Assembly (NCBI RefSeq): GCF_964355755.1
Contig: NC_092671.1
Location: 4,464,001 to 4,528,000 of the forward strand
From: Antedon mediterranea
Taxonomy: Eukaryota; Animalia; Echinodermata
Length of the DNA stretch: 64,000 nucleotides
Reading direction: 5' to 3'
This document shows, piece after piece, positions 34,983-47,923 of this stretch (within the stretch, counting starts at the first letter, position 1; each line of letters opens with the position of its first letter). The translations under genes were made by a program, and so were the position numbers. The notes under the pieces were generated by a model. That model was not told the DNA's origin and did no database searches. It saw nothing but the letters and a program-made list of their open reading frames with translations.

Positions 34983-36050
34983 TCAGACACTGACAGTACG
35001 TGCAGATATTTTCCTCCTGAATAAGCTATAGAATACGTCAACAAATGCTCGTCTAAAAGTTTCATTTACTACATTATATATCAACGGATTTACGGAACAA
35101 TTTATAATTATTCCCAACTGAAAGACAATGAAAAGCAAATCTAAATCCGATTTAAGAATTTTAAAGAAAAGAAGCATGCCGAACAAAATAAACGGTGTAA
35201 TGCAGAAAACATAAAATGTGACTGTCACAAAAACTGTCCAGAATATCTTCCTCTCAGATTTTGAACGTGGATCGTTGTTGCGTAATTTTGCCACAATATT
35301 GCGCGATTTTCTTAAAGAATGAATTATAAGCAAACACAAAATAATAATGATCACATTTAAGATTATAATGAAAAACAAACCAATAATGAGCAAAATTCCA
35401 TATAGTTTATAGTTGTTTGGCTTTACAATACATATAGTTGCACGATTTGAGATACCTCTATACATGTCAGGCCAAGGAAGAATGACGGATACTCGTTCGT
35501 AAATAACAAAATGTACAGTGTTTATCGAGAAACTGAAAATCCATATAAGTGTACAGACTTTTACAGATCTTGAGAGAGTACCAAATTTACTCGTTTGAAA
35601 TTTATAAGGTCTACAAATTGCCATATAACGTTCAACCGAAAGCCAATATATCGTTAAAAAGCCTACAAGTCCGAAACTATAAGGAAAGAAAGTCAACGCT
35701 TCACATATCCAGTTGTGCTTCAGTACTTCATCAATCATATATGGTACAGGAATGAACCAATTTCCATGTAATCCAATGGGTATTAAAATTAACATAAGCG
35801 TATCAGCTATTGCTAAATTGGCTAAATACACGTAAAATGAAGAGTGTAATTTACACACTATAACGATAAATGTCATTATGTTTCCCACAATGCCTAAAGT
35901 GACAACAACAGGAATGATATTGTAACGTAAAATCTTCAAAAAGTCACTATACAGAAACATATCTATGTAAGCATCATATCGACTCGTGTTTGACGTTGAA
36001 TACGCTTGTCCAGATACATCATCAGACGCATTGTCATCTGAAAGTGACAT
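34983..36050 (-). CDS. Intronless class A GPCR, 355 aa, same protein as 5914-6981
   Basis: Identical translation in the ORF track. Confidence 0.94.
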   Translation of the reverse strand: MSLSDDNASDDVSGQAYSTSNTSRYDAYIDMFLYSDFLKILRYNIIPVVVTLGIVGNIMTFIVIVCKLHSSFYVYLANLAIADTLMLILIPIGLHGNWFIPVPYMIDEVLKHNWICEALTFFPYSFGLVGFLTIYWLSVERYMAICRPYKFQTSKFGTLSRSVKVCTLIWIFSFSINTVHFVIYERVSVILPWPDMYRGISNRATICIVKPNNYKLYGILLIIGLFFIIILNVIIIILCLLIIHSLRKSRNIVAKLRNNDPRSKSERKIFWTVFVTVTFYVFCITPFILFGMLLFFKILKSDLDLLFIVFQLGIIINCSVNPLIYNVVNETFRRAFVDVFYSLFRRKISARTVSV

Positions 36051-38124
36051 TTTTCTTGTTTCTGAAAATATTTTAAATACTTTGAAAGACTTGTTAGATG
36101 TCCCGTCTTCAGTTACATCACATGCATTTCAACAGCATTGACATTTTTTGCTGTTTTCGCAATACAAAAATGATCTTGTGTAATAAAATAAAACGACGTC
36201 GAATTTAATATCAACTGAATTGATTGGTTGCTTATAAAATATTGTAGATAGTTCCGTGATAAAAACAATTTACATACCAAGAGTCAGAATACTACTGGGC
36301 AAGAGGATGTGTTCATAACGTAGAGGTATGTGCTATAAAAGATACCAAGTTCATCTGGATGACAAATATTATCTCGATTTGATATTCCTCTATACATATC
36401 AGGCCAGGAAAGAATGAATGAAAGAATTCTCCCGATGATGTGATAGAATCAGTGCTAATGTTAAAATACATGGCAAAATAAGAGAGGGCGCTCTATTTAA
36501 CAATTTTGGAGGGGCTGTTATGAGTGTAATTCAGCAGGCAATAATAATTGAATCAAGATCCAAAAGGCAACATTATACATGAATTCATATCTAAAAATAA
36601 ACAGAATATATAAGTTATAAATGTGAGGGCAAACTTACAATCTTAGGTGCTAAACAGATTAAAATATACAGTGTAGGGGAGATCACGTGATATACGTTAT
36701 TTAAATGTTCGTCTGTTCTGAAACAACATAAAGGGTGTGATAGCTATGACAGTTTTCGCTTTGAAATATTCCTTTTGTAATTAAAAACAAGATTAAGAAC
36801 TACGCCCTTGACAATACTGAAATAATTAATAAATATGCATCCGGTATAATCTATTGTCATTTCACTTCAGTTATTAGTAATCTACATTATTTTATGAATA
36901 ATTCACAACTTCTGAAAAACTTTAAATTAAATTAAACTTACTAACTGAACGACTATATTATAATAACATTGAAAGAAAACAAATAGACGAGCATGTACGG
37001 AAACAGCACAGTTATCGTAACTGTAACTGTATCAAGTTATTTTGATATACTGACCGCACACTTTCACGTAATCATTTTAGCATTTAAAAATGTAATGGTC
37101 ATAAGTTACCCATAATTATGCATTATTATAAATTTAAATTATTCCAGTTGTTCAAAACTACTTCATCAATCATATAGAGTACCGGAATTGTTCTATTTCG
37201 GAAATATTTCTCGCAGACTGATTCGCAATATAATCTATCTTTTCAAATAAAATAAAGTAAGATAAGTTGATGGTATATTCATTAAATGCATTGGCTGTTT
37301 ACAATAGAGAGGTGGGATACATCACATAATAATAATATACAAATAAATATGTTTGTTTAAAACGTAATATATCAACTTAATCTTATCAAATCATTATCCT
37401 CATTGCTTTGAATTATAACAAATCACATTTTATACAATTGTGCATCAACTAAATGACTAGTTCCACAATCAATGGGCTTAATGGTAGGCCTAGTCTTTAT
37501 TAAGTTTACTTATTTATTACCGTTTTTCATTATTGTATGGTTTTTGTACAAACTTTAATGTAGGCTTCTTTAAAACGACATGTACCTAAACGATTTGCTA
37601 GAAAAATACTACAGCACTCACCATGTTAAGTTTATTTGAGACACCTCTATATACATATCAGGCCAAAGGAAGAATGACGGATACTCGTTCGTGACCAATA
37701 CAAAACTGGACAATATTGGTCGGCAAACAAAATCTATATATTGCGCAAAGTACCAAATTCACTTTTTTTTTTATTTATAAGGTTTACAGACTGCCATAAA
37801 ACGTTCAACAGAAAGCAAAACAATCTTAACAATCGCTACATGCCAGAGGCAACAGCAGTAAAGTAACTCGTCAGTTAAAAAATCAAGTTTTCCCATCTAT
37901 GTCATGAACTCAATGTACAAAAAGGTGGCCACAATTAAAGACATTGTATCAGTTATTGCCAAATTCGCTAGATACACGTAAACTGATTTGCAAAATTTAC
38001 TCACTATACTATAAATGTCGGGACTTCACGAAACACGACGGGAAGCCACAGGACGGTGCTCATGAATGTTATTTATGCATGAAATAATATTTGAACTTCT
38101 AATTTAATTGTTTAATAAATAACA

Positions 38125-39184
38125 TTCTTACTGGGTTAAAATGGCTCTGGATAAAGGTAATTGTGTTTTGTCTGTGTACCTCGACCTGTTGGCAACTTTT
38201 GATACCATTGATCATTCTATTCTTATTGCAAGACTCTCGTCTATTGGTATCCGTGGAGCTGCTCTGACTTGGTTAAAGTCATATTTGGAAGCAGCAGGTC
38301 AAGATTGGTAATGTCAAATCCACCTCTATCGACCTGAAATGCGGTGTCCAGTATTGTTTTTAGATAACATCTGGCCCTTGAGTGACATCATTATATTGTG
38401 TCCAATATCATGTGTACGTAGATGACTCGCAACTGTGCATCAGCTTCAATCCAGCAGAGTTTAATGAGGCGAAGTCGGTTATCAAAGCTTGTGTTGTTGA
38501 TTGGCTAACTAAAAACATGCTCTGTTTTAACCCTGGTAAAAAAGAAGTCTTATATTTTCATTCAAAACAAGAATTTGCACATAGCTAGAAACATCAGTAT
38601 TGGCAACACCCCAATGACACCATCGTTGGAGGTTAGAAATATCGGAGTCTCAACAATTACTAAGTCCAGACTTATCAACAACATTAGTAAATCTGTTACC
38701 TACCACCTTCGTAACATAAGATCAATTCGCAAATCCTTAACCCACTACTCGCCTATTAAACTTTTCCACGCATTAATAACATCACGGTTAGACTACTGCA
38801 ATGCCATTTTGTTTGGTCTACCAAATAAAGAACTTAATAAACCACAACTTATTTTAAATACTGTATCCGGCACTTCAAGATTTGCTCATATTACACCAAT
38901 ATTATATAAACTTCACTGGCGTTCAATTAAACAACGAATTGTTTTTAAACTAACACCATCATATATTTCAAATTGAATTATACGTAGATCTTCAGTTTGC
39001 AAAAGATCTCTTAGGTCGACCACTAATCGAGCGTTTGCAGTTGCAGCTTCTAAACTGTGGAACAATCTTCCTTCCTATTAAAAATGCATCCTCTTATCAT
39101 TTTCAAAAACACTTAAAACAAATTCTTTTTCTTTCTATTTTTTCTCTCAGTGCTTTGGGACAATCTTTTGATCGCTATATAAAT
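38125..39184 (+). mobile_element. Duplicate degenerate L2 LINE
   Basis: Homologous to 9060-10125. Confidence 0.87.
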
Positions 39185-42100
39185 CGAACAACATTACATT
39201 ATATTACCGGGGTATCCTCTACACGTCTCGATTGATAAAATGCGTTCTTTAAAATGTATATTGGACCTACGGTCCTTATCCGAGAAGACTTGTTTCACAA
39301 CCATAACTGGAGCGATATGCCAATATTGATGGATCTTTGGGTACTTGTCATTTTGATATGACTCGTAACAGTATTTTAATCTTAAGTCTGGCTGCTACAA
39401 ATACCAACAGTACTGTACGCTTACTATGTGCATTATTCTTCGCGGCGTGCGATGTCTGTTAAGGGACGTGGATCTGATCGTATCGCAGCCACATATAACA
39501 ACTTTGATCTCCAGAGCTCAGAATCCTGTTGCTAGATTTCTTTGGTCAAACTTATAAGCTGACCGTTACGTAAACGAGATAATGACAACATGTTATTTCA
39601 AATTTCAAAATGTATTGGATGTAAGTTAAGCATCTATCAACTTTACACACTAACAGTACGTGCAAATGCTTGTCTAAAAGTTTCATTTACTACATTATAT
39701 ATTAAAGGATTTACAGAAGAATTTAAATATATTCCCAAACGACAAATATCCAAAACCCAATATAAATCAGATCCAAGAATATTTAAAAAGAATAACAATG
39801 GGAACAAACAAATCGGTGTCATGCAGAGAACATCAACTGCGACTGTCACAAAAACTGTCCAGAATATTTTCCTCTCAGATTTTGAACGTGGGTCCGTCTT
39901 GCAAGAATTCTTTATACCATTTCGGGATTGTCTTAAAGAATAAATCATAAGAAAACATAAAGTTACAATAATCAAAGAGTATATTAACAACAACTTGAAA
40001 CAACTGGTACGTAGACGGAAAAATGTATTCTACGTAAAATGTAACATTTTACAACTTTTTCCAGCACAGAACTTTCGAATGGATCAATCTACATAATGAC
40101 TGACGAGAAATCTGCTGTTTTTGTTACACGAAGAAGAACACTATATTTGGACAGTAGTTAGGTTATATTGAACATTACACATTCTCTCTTTTATTTATAA
40201 TATTTATATTCCTTTTCTTATCACTGTAAACTTACTTAATATGTTTGAAATAAACGATAATTTAGCATCTAATTTAAATATAGAATACACAAATCACAAA
40301 GCAATTACTCCCGCCGAACTCTTAGACAGCTATGGCTCCCGGTTTGCTCAAAAGTCTACATTTTCTATATCAAGTCTTAATGTACGATCTTTAAATCATC
40401 AACTTAATGAAACGACCTTACTATATGAAACCGTACTTAAAAATAAGTTTAAATTTATTGGATTAACTGAGATTTGGAACATTGATGATAAAGACAAATA
40501 CCAATTGAGTTCCTACAATTTCGAGTACATCTGTCGTGAGTTCGGTAGAGGTGGTGGCGTTGCTGCCTATATCCATAGTTCAGTTAAGTATAGACGTCTT
40601 GATATAAATATTTGTAACTCTGAATCATTGTGGTTTGAAGTATGTGATGGGGGTAAAATGTACGTGATAGGGGTAATTTATCGAAATGTTAATTCCAACA
40701 TAAATGAATTTAGAGAAGACCTCTTAGATACCTTAAAACAAATGAAAGTCAACAAAAAACAATGTATACTAATGATTTCAATGTAAATCTTTTTAATGTT
40801 AACAACACTGGATATAAACTCATATTTAACGGCTATTGAATGTTTAAATATGACTCAGTTAATAGAATCGACAACCCGTCCTGCATCTAACACCATAATT
40901 GACCACATATATAGTAACATTATTTGTAATAGTATAATATCTGGGACGATGTCGTGTGACATATCCGATCATCTACCAATATTTGCAATTTTTGAAAATA
41001 ACATTGAGATTACTTCTAATGATAAGTATTATTATAAATCAAGATGTTATAAGCATTTTAACAAAAATGATTTTTTAAAGGATTTATCTAACATGTCATG
41101 GGAATCGGTTTATTTATGCAATGATACAAACTTGGCCTACGATAGATTTAATACTAAATTCAAAAATATTTGTGATAAGCATGCGCCAATAAGAACGATG
41201 TCATTAAATCATGTAAATAAGAAAAAACCATGGATCACCCGAAATATTAAAAAATCTATTAATAAAAAAAAACAAGATGTACCAGAAACTAATTAAAAGT
41301 AAATTTGATAATTCTGATTTTATAAAATATAAAAAATACCGAAATACCATTACAAAGGTGTTAAGAACTGCAAAAAGAAATTATTATTCACATATGTTTT
41401 CAGCTAACGCAACAAATTCAGTAAAAACGTGGAAGATAATAAATGATGTACTTGGTAAAAATAAATTAAAATCTGTTAATGCTATTCCTGAAAAACTAAT
41501 TCGTAATAATAATGATGGGACAACATCAATAGTAGATAATCCGGACGAAATTGCTAATGTATTTAATGATTATTTTGTTGGCGTAGCCGATCAACTTGCA
41601 AACGAAATTCCCCTCTCACAAAAATGTTTTTCTCAGTATCTGGCCAATCCCTTACCAAATTCTTTTTTTCTTGAACCTATCACTGTTAATGAGGTATTTA
41701 ATTTAATTTGTAAAATCGACCAAAATAAAGCAACTGGATCAGATGATCTACCAGCAAAATTAATTTCAATTGCAGCATTACATATTTCAAATCCCTTGTG
41801 TTATATATTTAATTTATCATTTAATAACTGTATATTTCCAAATCTTTTAAAGTGTGCTCGAGTTCAACCAGTCTTTAAAAAGGGGTCAAAAGAAATACCT
41901 GAAAATTTCCGTCCTATCTCAATTTTACCAGTTCTCAGCAAAATACTTGAAAGGTTGTTTTTTTTTTTTGTCTTGTGTGGGTTCGTCCCACTTTTATTAT
42001 AGTTCTATAAATATAAATAATATATGTATATATGCACATTTATATAATTCTCTTATTTATAAGGTACATTGTTAAAAAATACATATCTTTTGAACAGTAT

Positions 42101-42506
42101 ATACATAAGACTAAGATTATTTTGATGTTAAGAAGTAACCACATTTACATTCATATACATTTTTAAAAATACAATTAATTAAAATATGTCGATGGCAGTA
42201 AACTGACGATAAAAATTGATTTAAAAAAAACGTACTTATGAAAAAGTTATTATTGTTGTTTTATTCTGTTCGTGTCCATTGTCTGGGTAGAGAGGCTATA
42301 AACTCAGGAGAAGAATATAAAGGATCTTCCCTTTTCACCAAGAAAAAAATGGATGAGATGAAAACGAAGAATGCAAAAGCTTGAAAAAAGGGTGTTTAGA
42401 ATGGATAGGATGGATTGATATATATAATGAAAACCGTAAGGTCAGAGTCCATACACACAGTGCAAGTCCAAGGTAATATGTTGGCTCTGTGTGTATGTGA
42501 GTCGCT

Positions 42507-45500
42507 TCATACCCGGATGACATATCTTAAAACTAATATAGTTACTAGCCTATATACAATGTATTTAAGAGATAAAAATAGCATTTTTTTTAATTTCATT
42601 AATTTAAGGAGATTTTGCTTTATATCTCCCCATTTACATTGAGCTTTAAAGTAGTAGCACTTATACTCATTTTCAATTAAATGCTTTACTTCAGTAATAA
42701 AAAGATTCCAGATCTTTTTTTCATAGTTCTTTCCTTTTTTTTCAGGTTTTGTTAATATATGCAACTTATATATAGAGAATACAAATAATGAAATCAATTC
42801 ATTTACAATTATGTTATTTGATCCAGTAATCATTGTAGTCCAAATTATTGGGTCTTCATTCCTTGTCTTAAATGTACGTTTTATGGTAAATTATGATAAA
42901 AAGTGAGAAACAATGCACTACCTAAGTAGCTCGCGGCGATCGACCTCTCGTGGACGGTCTTAGGCCTAGCCTAGCTAGGCTTAGTTTTGTAGGCCTAGCT
43001 GGTAAACATCGATAACGTACGAACATCGTACGCTAGCTATATACCTAGCCTGACGTTGTATAGTTGCTGCATTAATTGTCTTTCTATTTTTGCCAGACTC
43101 CGTTGATACAAATTGGGGAAAACCCGGTATTTTCGCTGAAAAGTTAGGAGTCTTCCGTTTGTTTTGGCTTCACGATCGATCGAAAAGTGGGCGAATTACA
43201 GGTGAAAAACAAAAATATCAATCCGCTCGCAATGCATTTTGAGATTTATAGCGGGCCGCTATAATGATTAGAATCGATTTATTTTTCACATTTTTAACCG
43301 TTTAAAGACGAAAAAATTTATCTCAATAAGACCATATAGTATTATTTTTACATTAAATATAGTTTGTGATCTTAAATTAGATCTAAAAAACGTAGGGAAT
43401 GGGGCTTTAAATTGAGCAACTTTGGGTATATGTTTTAGCCTATAAACTTTATAGTACCAAACATTACTCCAATCAATGTCTACCTTACCTAGTTCTATTT
43501 CCCATTTTGTTTGTGAATTTGGTATTTTTGAACATCTATTAATAAAATGATTATAGAAGACGGGTCCTTTATTTTTCATATAAAGTCGTAGACTAGGAAT
43601 ACTATTGTCTTCCTTTTTTGTATTACCTTTTTCAATAATTTCTTTCCACTCTTTTGGTATGGCTTTTAACAATTGCATATATTCAATTAAGGCGTTATGC
43701 CGTTTATACAGTTTAGGAAATATTTCACAAGGTGAAAGTACTCTATCATTCATGTAAATATCTCCGATTGTTTTAAACCCAGAAGATAACCATACTTTAA
43801 AATACATAGATTTATTGTTCAATACGATATGTCCGTTTTCCCATAATTGTTGGCTCTTTATTTCCATGGTAGTTTTTGGTTTTACATGTATGATATTGTT
43901 TAATTTTACAACAGACTTCATCATATTTCTATAAAATAAAGGCATACTGCCCAGGTTAGCATGCTCTTCTAAATTCAACTGCGTTATGTTAACTGTATAT
44001 TCAATAGGTTGAAGGTAAAACTTTTGAATGCATTTCCATTTACCTGGATCTGGGCTTAAGAGTCTCTTAACCCAGGTTAGTTTGAGAGATTCTATCACCG
44101 AAGTGAGATCTGGCATATTCAAACCACCTTCTTCCACATTTCTAATTAATGTTGTTCGTTTTATTTTTCTTTTTTATTACCCCAAAGGAAGTCATATAAC
44201 AGTTTTTCTATTTTTGTAATTATTTCCTTAGGCACCTCAATAATACTAGCAGTATAGATAAACCTTGATATTGCTAGTGTTTTTATAATAAAAAAAAACT
44301 TAGGTTACGTCTTTTCCATAAATTTAATACATTTTCTAAGTTGGTGATTTTTTTCTCCCAATTTCTGTATTCACATAGTTGTTTATCGTACCTACATGTA
44401 TTCCTAGAAATTGTACTGGTTCACTGGACCATACAATATTGAATGGTTTTGACATATTATTTTTGTTTGAACCAATCCACATACCATTTGTCTTATTTTT
44501 ATTTAGTTTTAATCCTGACACTCTACAGAATAGATCAATTTCATCGAAAAAATATTTTAGAATACTTCCATCTTGCGTAAAAATAACGGTATCGTCTGCA
44601 AGTTGAGCAATCTTTACAATGTTGTCATTTTCGTTATTGCTGTTTGGTAATGTAATTCCTTTACATTTAGGATTTTTTCTTATATTTGTGGCCATTAATT
44701 CTGTCACCAAAATAAATAGTAGCGCTGATAATGGGCAGCCTTGCCTCACGCCGCACTCCATATTAAAGCTTTCTGAGAGTCATCCGTTATTTACTATAAC
44801 ACAATTTGTTTCTTTATAAATTACATTTATCCATTTGATAAAAGAATTACCAAAACCGAAATGACTTCTTAAATAATAGTACTCACTATCTAATGAGTCA
44901 AAGGCTTTTGCAAAATCTAGAAATACAATTGCACCTGGCATATTGTTTAAGCTTGTAAAGTCTAGTATGTCATTTACTAGTCTTACATTTTCTCCCCCAA
45001 ACCTCTTTTTTACATATCCTTTTTGATCTTCATTTACTATAGATCCTATAACATTTTGTAATCTGTTAGCTAATACATGGGCTAATATTGTATAATCGAC
45101 ATTAAGAAGAGTAATCGGTCTCCAGTTATCTAAGTTTTCTCTTTGTCCCTTTTTATATATTAGGTTTATTATACCTCTTTTTTGTGTTGTGGATAACTTT
45201 CCATTATTATAGTTATAGTTTAAAGAATCACATAGGATATGTTTTAAATGGTTCCAAAAAGTGCGATAAAATTCTACACTTAGGCCATCAATACCTGGAC
45301 TTTTATTTAATTTCATTTTAAAAATCGTTTTTGTACATTCATCTACAGATAGAAGACCTTCACATTTTACTTTTTCTTCATCAGATAACATTTTAAGATA
45401 TGTATTGTTTAGGTATTTATTCATTTTATCTGCAGGTATCTCTTTATTAGAATACAGGTTTTTATAGAATATAACTTCTTCTTTCAAAATGTCTTCGTTA

Positions 45501-46733
45501 TTCGAAGTATATTTACCATTTCTTTTTAATACAGCGTTAATGTGTTTTCTTTTTGCTTTAGTTTTTTCTAATCCTCAAAAGAATTTATTATTCTTTTCAC
45601 CTTTTTCGAACCATTCGATTCTAGACCTTATTTTCGCACCATGTGCTTCTAGAAGGTAGATGTCATCTAATTGTTTTATTTTATCTCTTAATATTTTGTC
45701 TGTATTTTCAGAGTAGGAAACATTTAATTGACTAGTTAGTTCATCAATTTCATTAAGTAAGTTATTTTTTTGGGTATTTCTTTCTTTTTTTTCTTTTGTA
45801 CAGTATCTACGAGTGAATTCTTTTATTTTAACTTTCAGGAATTCCCATTGAAGGTCTGGACTTAAGTTGTTTTCATTATTTTTAATGATTTCTATTATGT
45901 GTATTATATTGTCTACGTATGTATCATCATTTAATATGCTATTATTTATTTTCCAAATTCCTGGACCTTTCACTTGGTTGGTATTTACGAGTTTAAGTGA
46001 GATTGCTTGATGGTCAGAAAATAAGGAGGGCCTAATATCTGTTGAAAGAATATCGCCATTTTTTTGGAGATCACTAGATATGCACCAGTAGTCTAATCTA
46101 CGAAAAGTATCTTTTCGCCTCCAGGTAAATTGTGTTTTATCACCGTGGCACTGTCTCCATATATCAGTTAATTTGTGATTTTTCATTAATTTTTTAAGGA
46201 TATTTGATGAATTGTCATATTTTTTGATTATGCTTGCTATTTCTTTGATCTACTTTATGTTCTAAAATACAATTCATATCTCCTCCCATTATAATGAGTT
46301 CATCATTATCATTGAGTAGAGAAACAATTTTTCTATCCAGTTTCTTAAAGAACATTTCTCTTTCTTTATAATTATTAGGAGCGTACACATTTATAAGATT
46401 TATTACTTTTTCATTAAAACTGAAGCTTAAAATTAGTATTCTACCTTCTTCGTCTGTAAATTTGAGTTTAATATCTTTAACATCTAAGCTACACTTAAAC
46501 AAGATAGAAACTCCTTTACTATTTGTTGTTCCAAAGCTGTGGTAGGTTTCGCCATTCCACAGTGTGTCTTGCCTTATAATATTATTGTCAAAATGGGTTT
46601 CTTGAAGAAACACAATGCCAACATTTTGTTCTTCAAGCCTTTTAAAGACTTTTCTTCTTTTATCATGATTTCGAAGGCCTCTTACATTCAAAGATACTAA
46701 ATGTAGAGAGATATTATTTTGTTTTGCTTTCAT
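42507..46733 (-). pseudogene. Tx1 ORF2 (APE-RT), multiply frameshifted
   Basis: LNVRGL, FLQETH, NVYAPN, GGDMN, RLDY, SDHQAI; KSPGIDG, NWRPITLLNVD, DFAKAFDS, GVRQGCPLS, LADD, EGGLNMP. Confidence 0.92.
42870..43406 (-). mobile_element. One-ended DNA transposon fragment (TTAA-flanked, Kolobok-like) replacing the Tx1 zf-RVT region
   Basis: ORF2 similarity stops at VAQF, exactly at TTAA|AGCCCCATTCCC on the minus strand. The interior is GC-richer with short palindromes. No second TIR is visible; the left boundary is approximate. Confidence 0.5.
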
Positions 46734-46847
46734 TTCAATTTATTAATTTTGTTTCTATTTTGTTTAAATTTATTTTGTAATATTGTTTTATACACTGTTT
46801 ACAGTAACTGTGTTATAATTATAGATTTATATAACGTAATTATAGAT

Positions 46848-47923
46848 TCAACTTACTGAATCTGATTGTTTTCCTCTTTTTTCAGCATTTTTTTCTCCAC
46901 TTTCTGTGGCTTTCTTTCGTTTAGAGGATGCAAAGTTCTGCCTTGTTATTGTTGCGGCTTCTTCTTCAGCATTAGTTGTTTCACCTCCACTTCCTGGGAC
47001 CGTGAAGTCTGTTATTGGCCGCATTCCTCTTGTAGATGTACTAGGGTTTTCCGCTGTTTTTTTCACTGCTTCCTTCTGGTTAGTTTCCTCTTCTTTTTTA
47101 GCTTTTCCCTTTTCCTTTTTTTTTTGTTTTTTCTTTTGACTTTTAGTTTGCTCAACACGTTGTTGATTTTGTGATTCATCATCTTGACTATTGGGTTTCC
47201 CACTTTTAAGTGCATCTTCCATAATTTCTTGTACTTTACCCTCTAGTTCCAGTGAATCTGTTGCGTTTTTTGGGATTGTTGGTTTGTTCAGTAGATCATG
47301 CAAGACTTCTAAAACATATTGTGTCTTTGCTGTGTCTTCAGGTTCCATGTTGTCATTGTCGGTGTTTGGTTCGGCGGAACATTCATCTTCTTTTCCCTCA
47401 ACGCTTACACTTTCCAGTTCATTATTGACCTCAATGCTATTTTCGTTAACAAAAGTGGATGCTTGCTCCATTTCTGTTATTGCATTATCTTTTGGTAGAT
47501 AGGCTTTATTTGTTCCGCACAATTTTGCGATGTGACCTGTTTCGTTACACGAGTGACATGTCACTGAAGCTAGTCTTTTCGGGCAGGAGTTTACTTTGTG
47601 TCCAAAGAGACCACATTCAAAACATCTTTGCTTAACTATTTGATCTTTATGGAAGATTATTGCGTTAAAGTTATTAATTGTGCAGAACCTTGGCAAGCTT
47701 TCTTTAAACGGTTCGACAAATACAGCCCGATCACCGTTTAAAAAGCGTGAAAGCTTCGCCCCAATTCTGAATTTAACATATTGTACAGCACCGACGACTT
47801 TACATCCCAATTTTCGTAAGGCATCAACAATTTCTTCATTCCTTACGGATAGAGGTACATCTTTTATGTTTAGTCTGACTGCGTTATCGTTACGGTTTAG
47901 GTATGGATTGATGTCATAAATAT
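46848..47923 (-). CDS. Tx1 ORF1 (gag-like), 5'-truncated, two CCHC zinc knuckles
   Basis: CFECGLFGHKVNSC and CHSCNETGHIAKLC, acidic/lysine-rich tail; the frame stays open up to the 5' junction. Confidence 0.88.

Larger units (their letters stand above)
41962..47923 (-). mobile_element. L1/Tx1-clade LINE, near full length, 5'-truncated within ORF1
   Basis: 15-bp TSD TTGAAAGGTTGTTTT at 41947-41961 and 47924-47938; poly(A) seen as a T-run at 41962; empty site at 12997-13011. Confidence 0.95.

Noticed and set aside
46866-47919. Plus-strand Phe/Ser-rich ORFs
   Set aside because: Antisense shadows of the A-rich Tx1 ORF1; the same applies to short plus-strand ORFs opposite the GPCRs.
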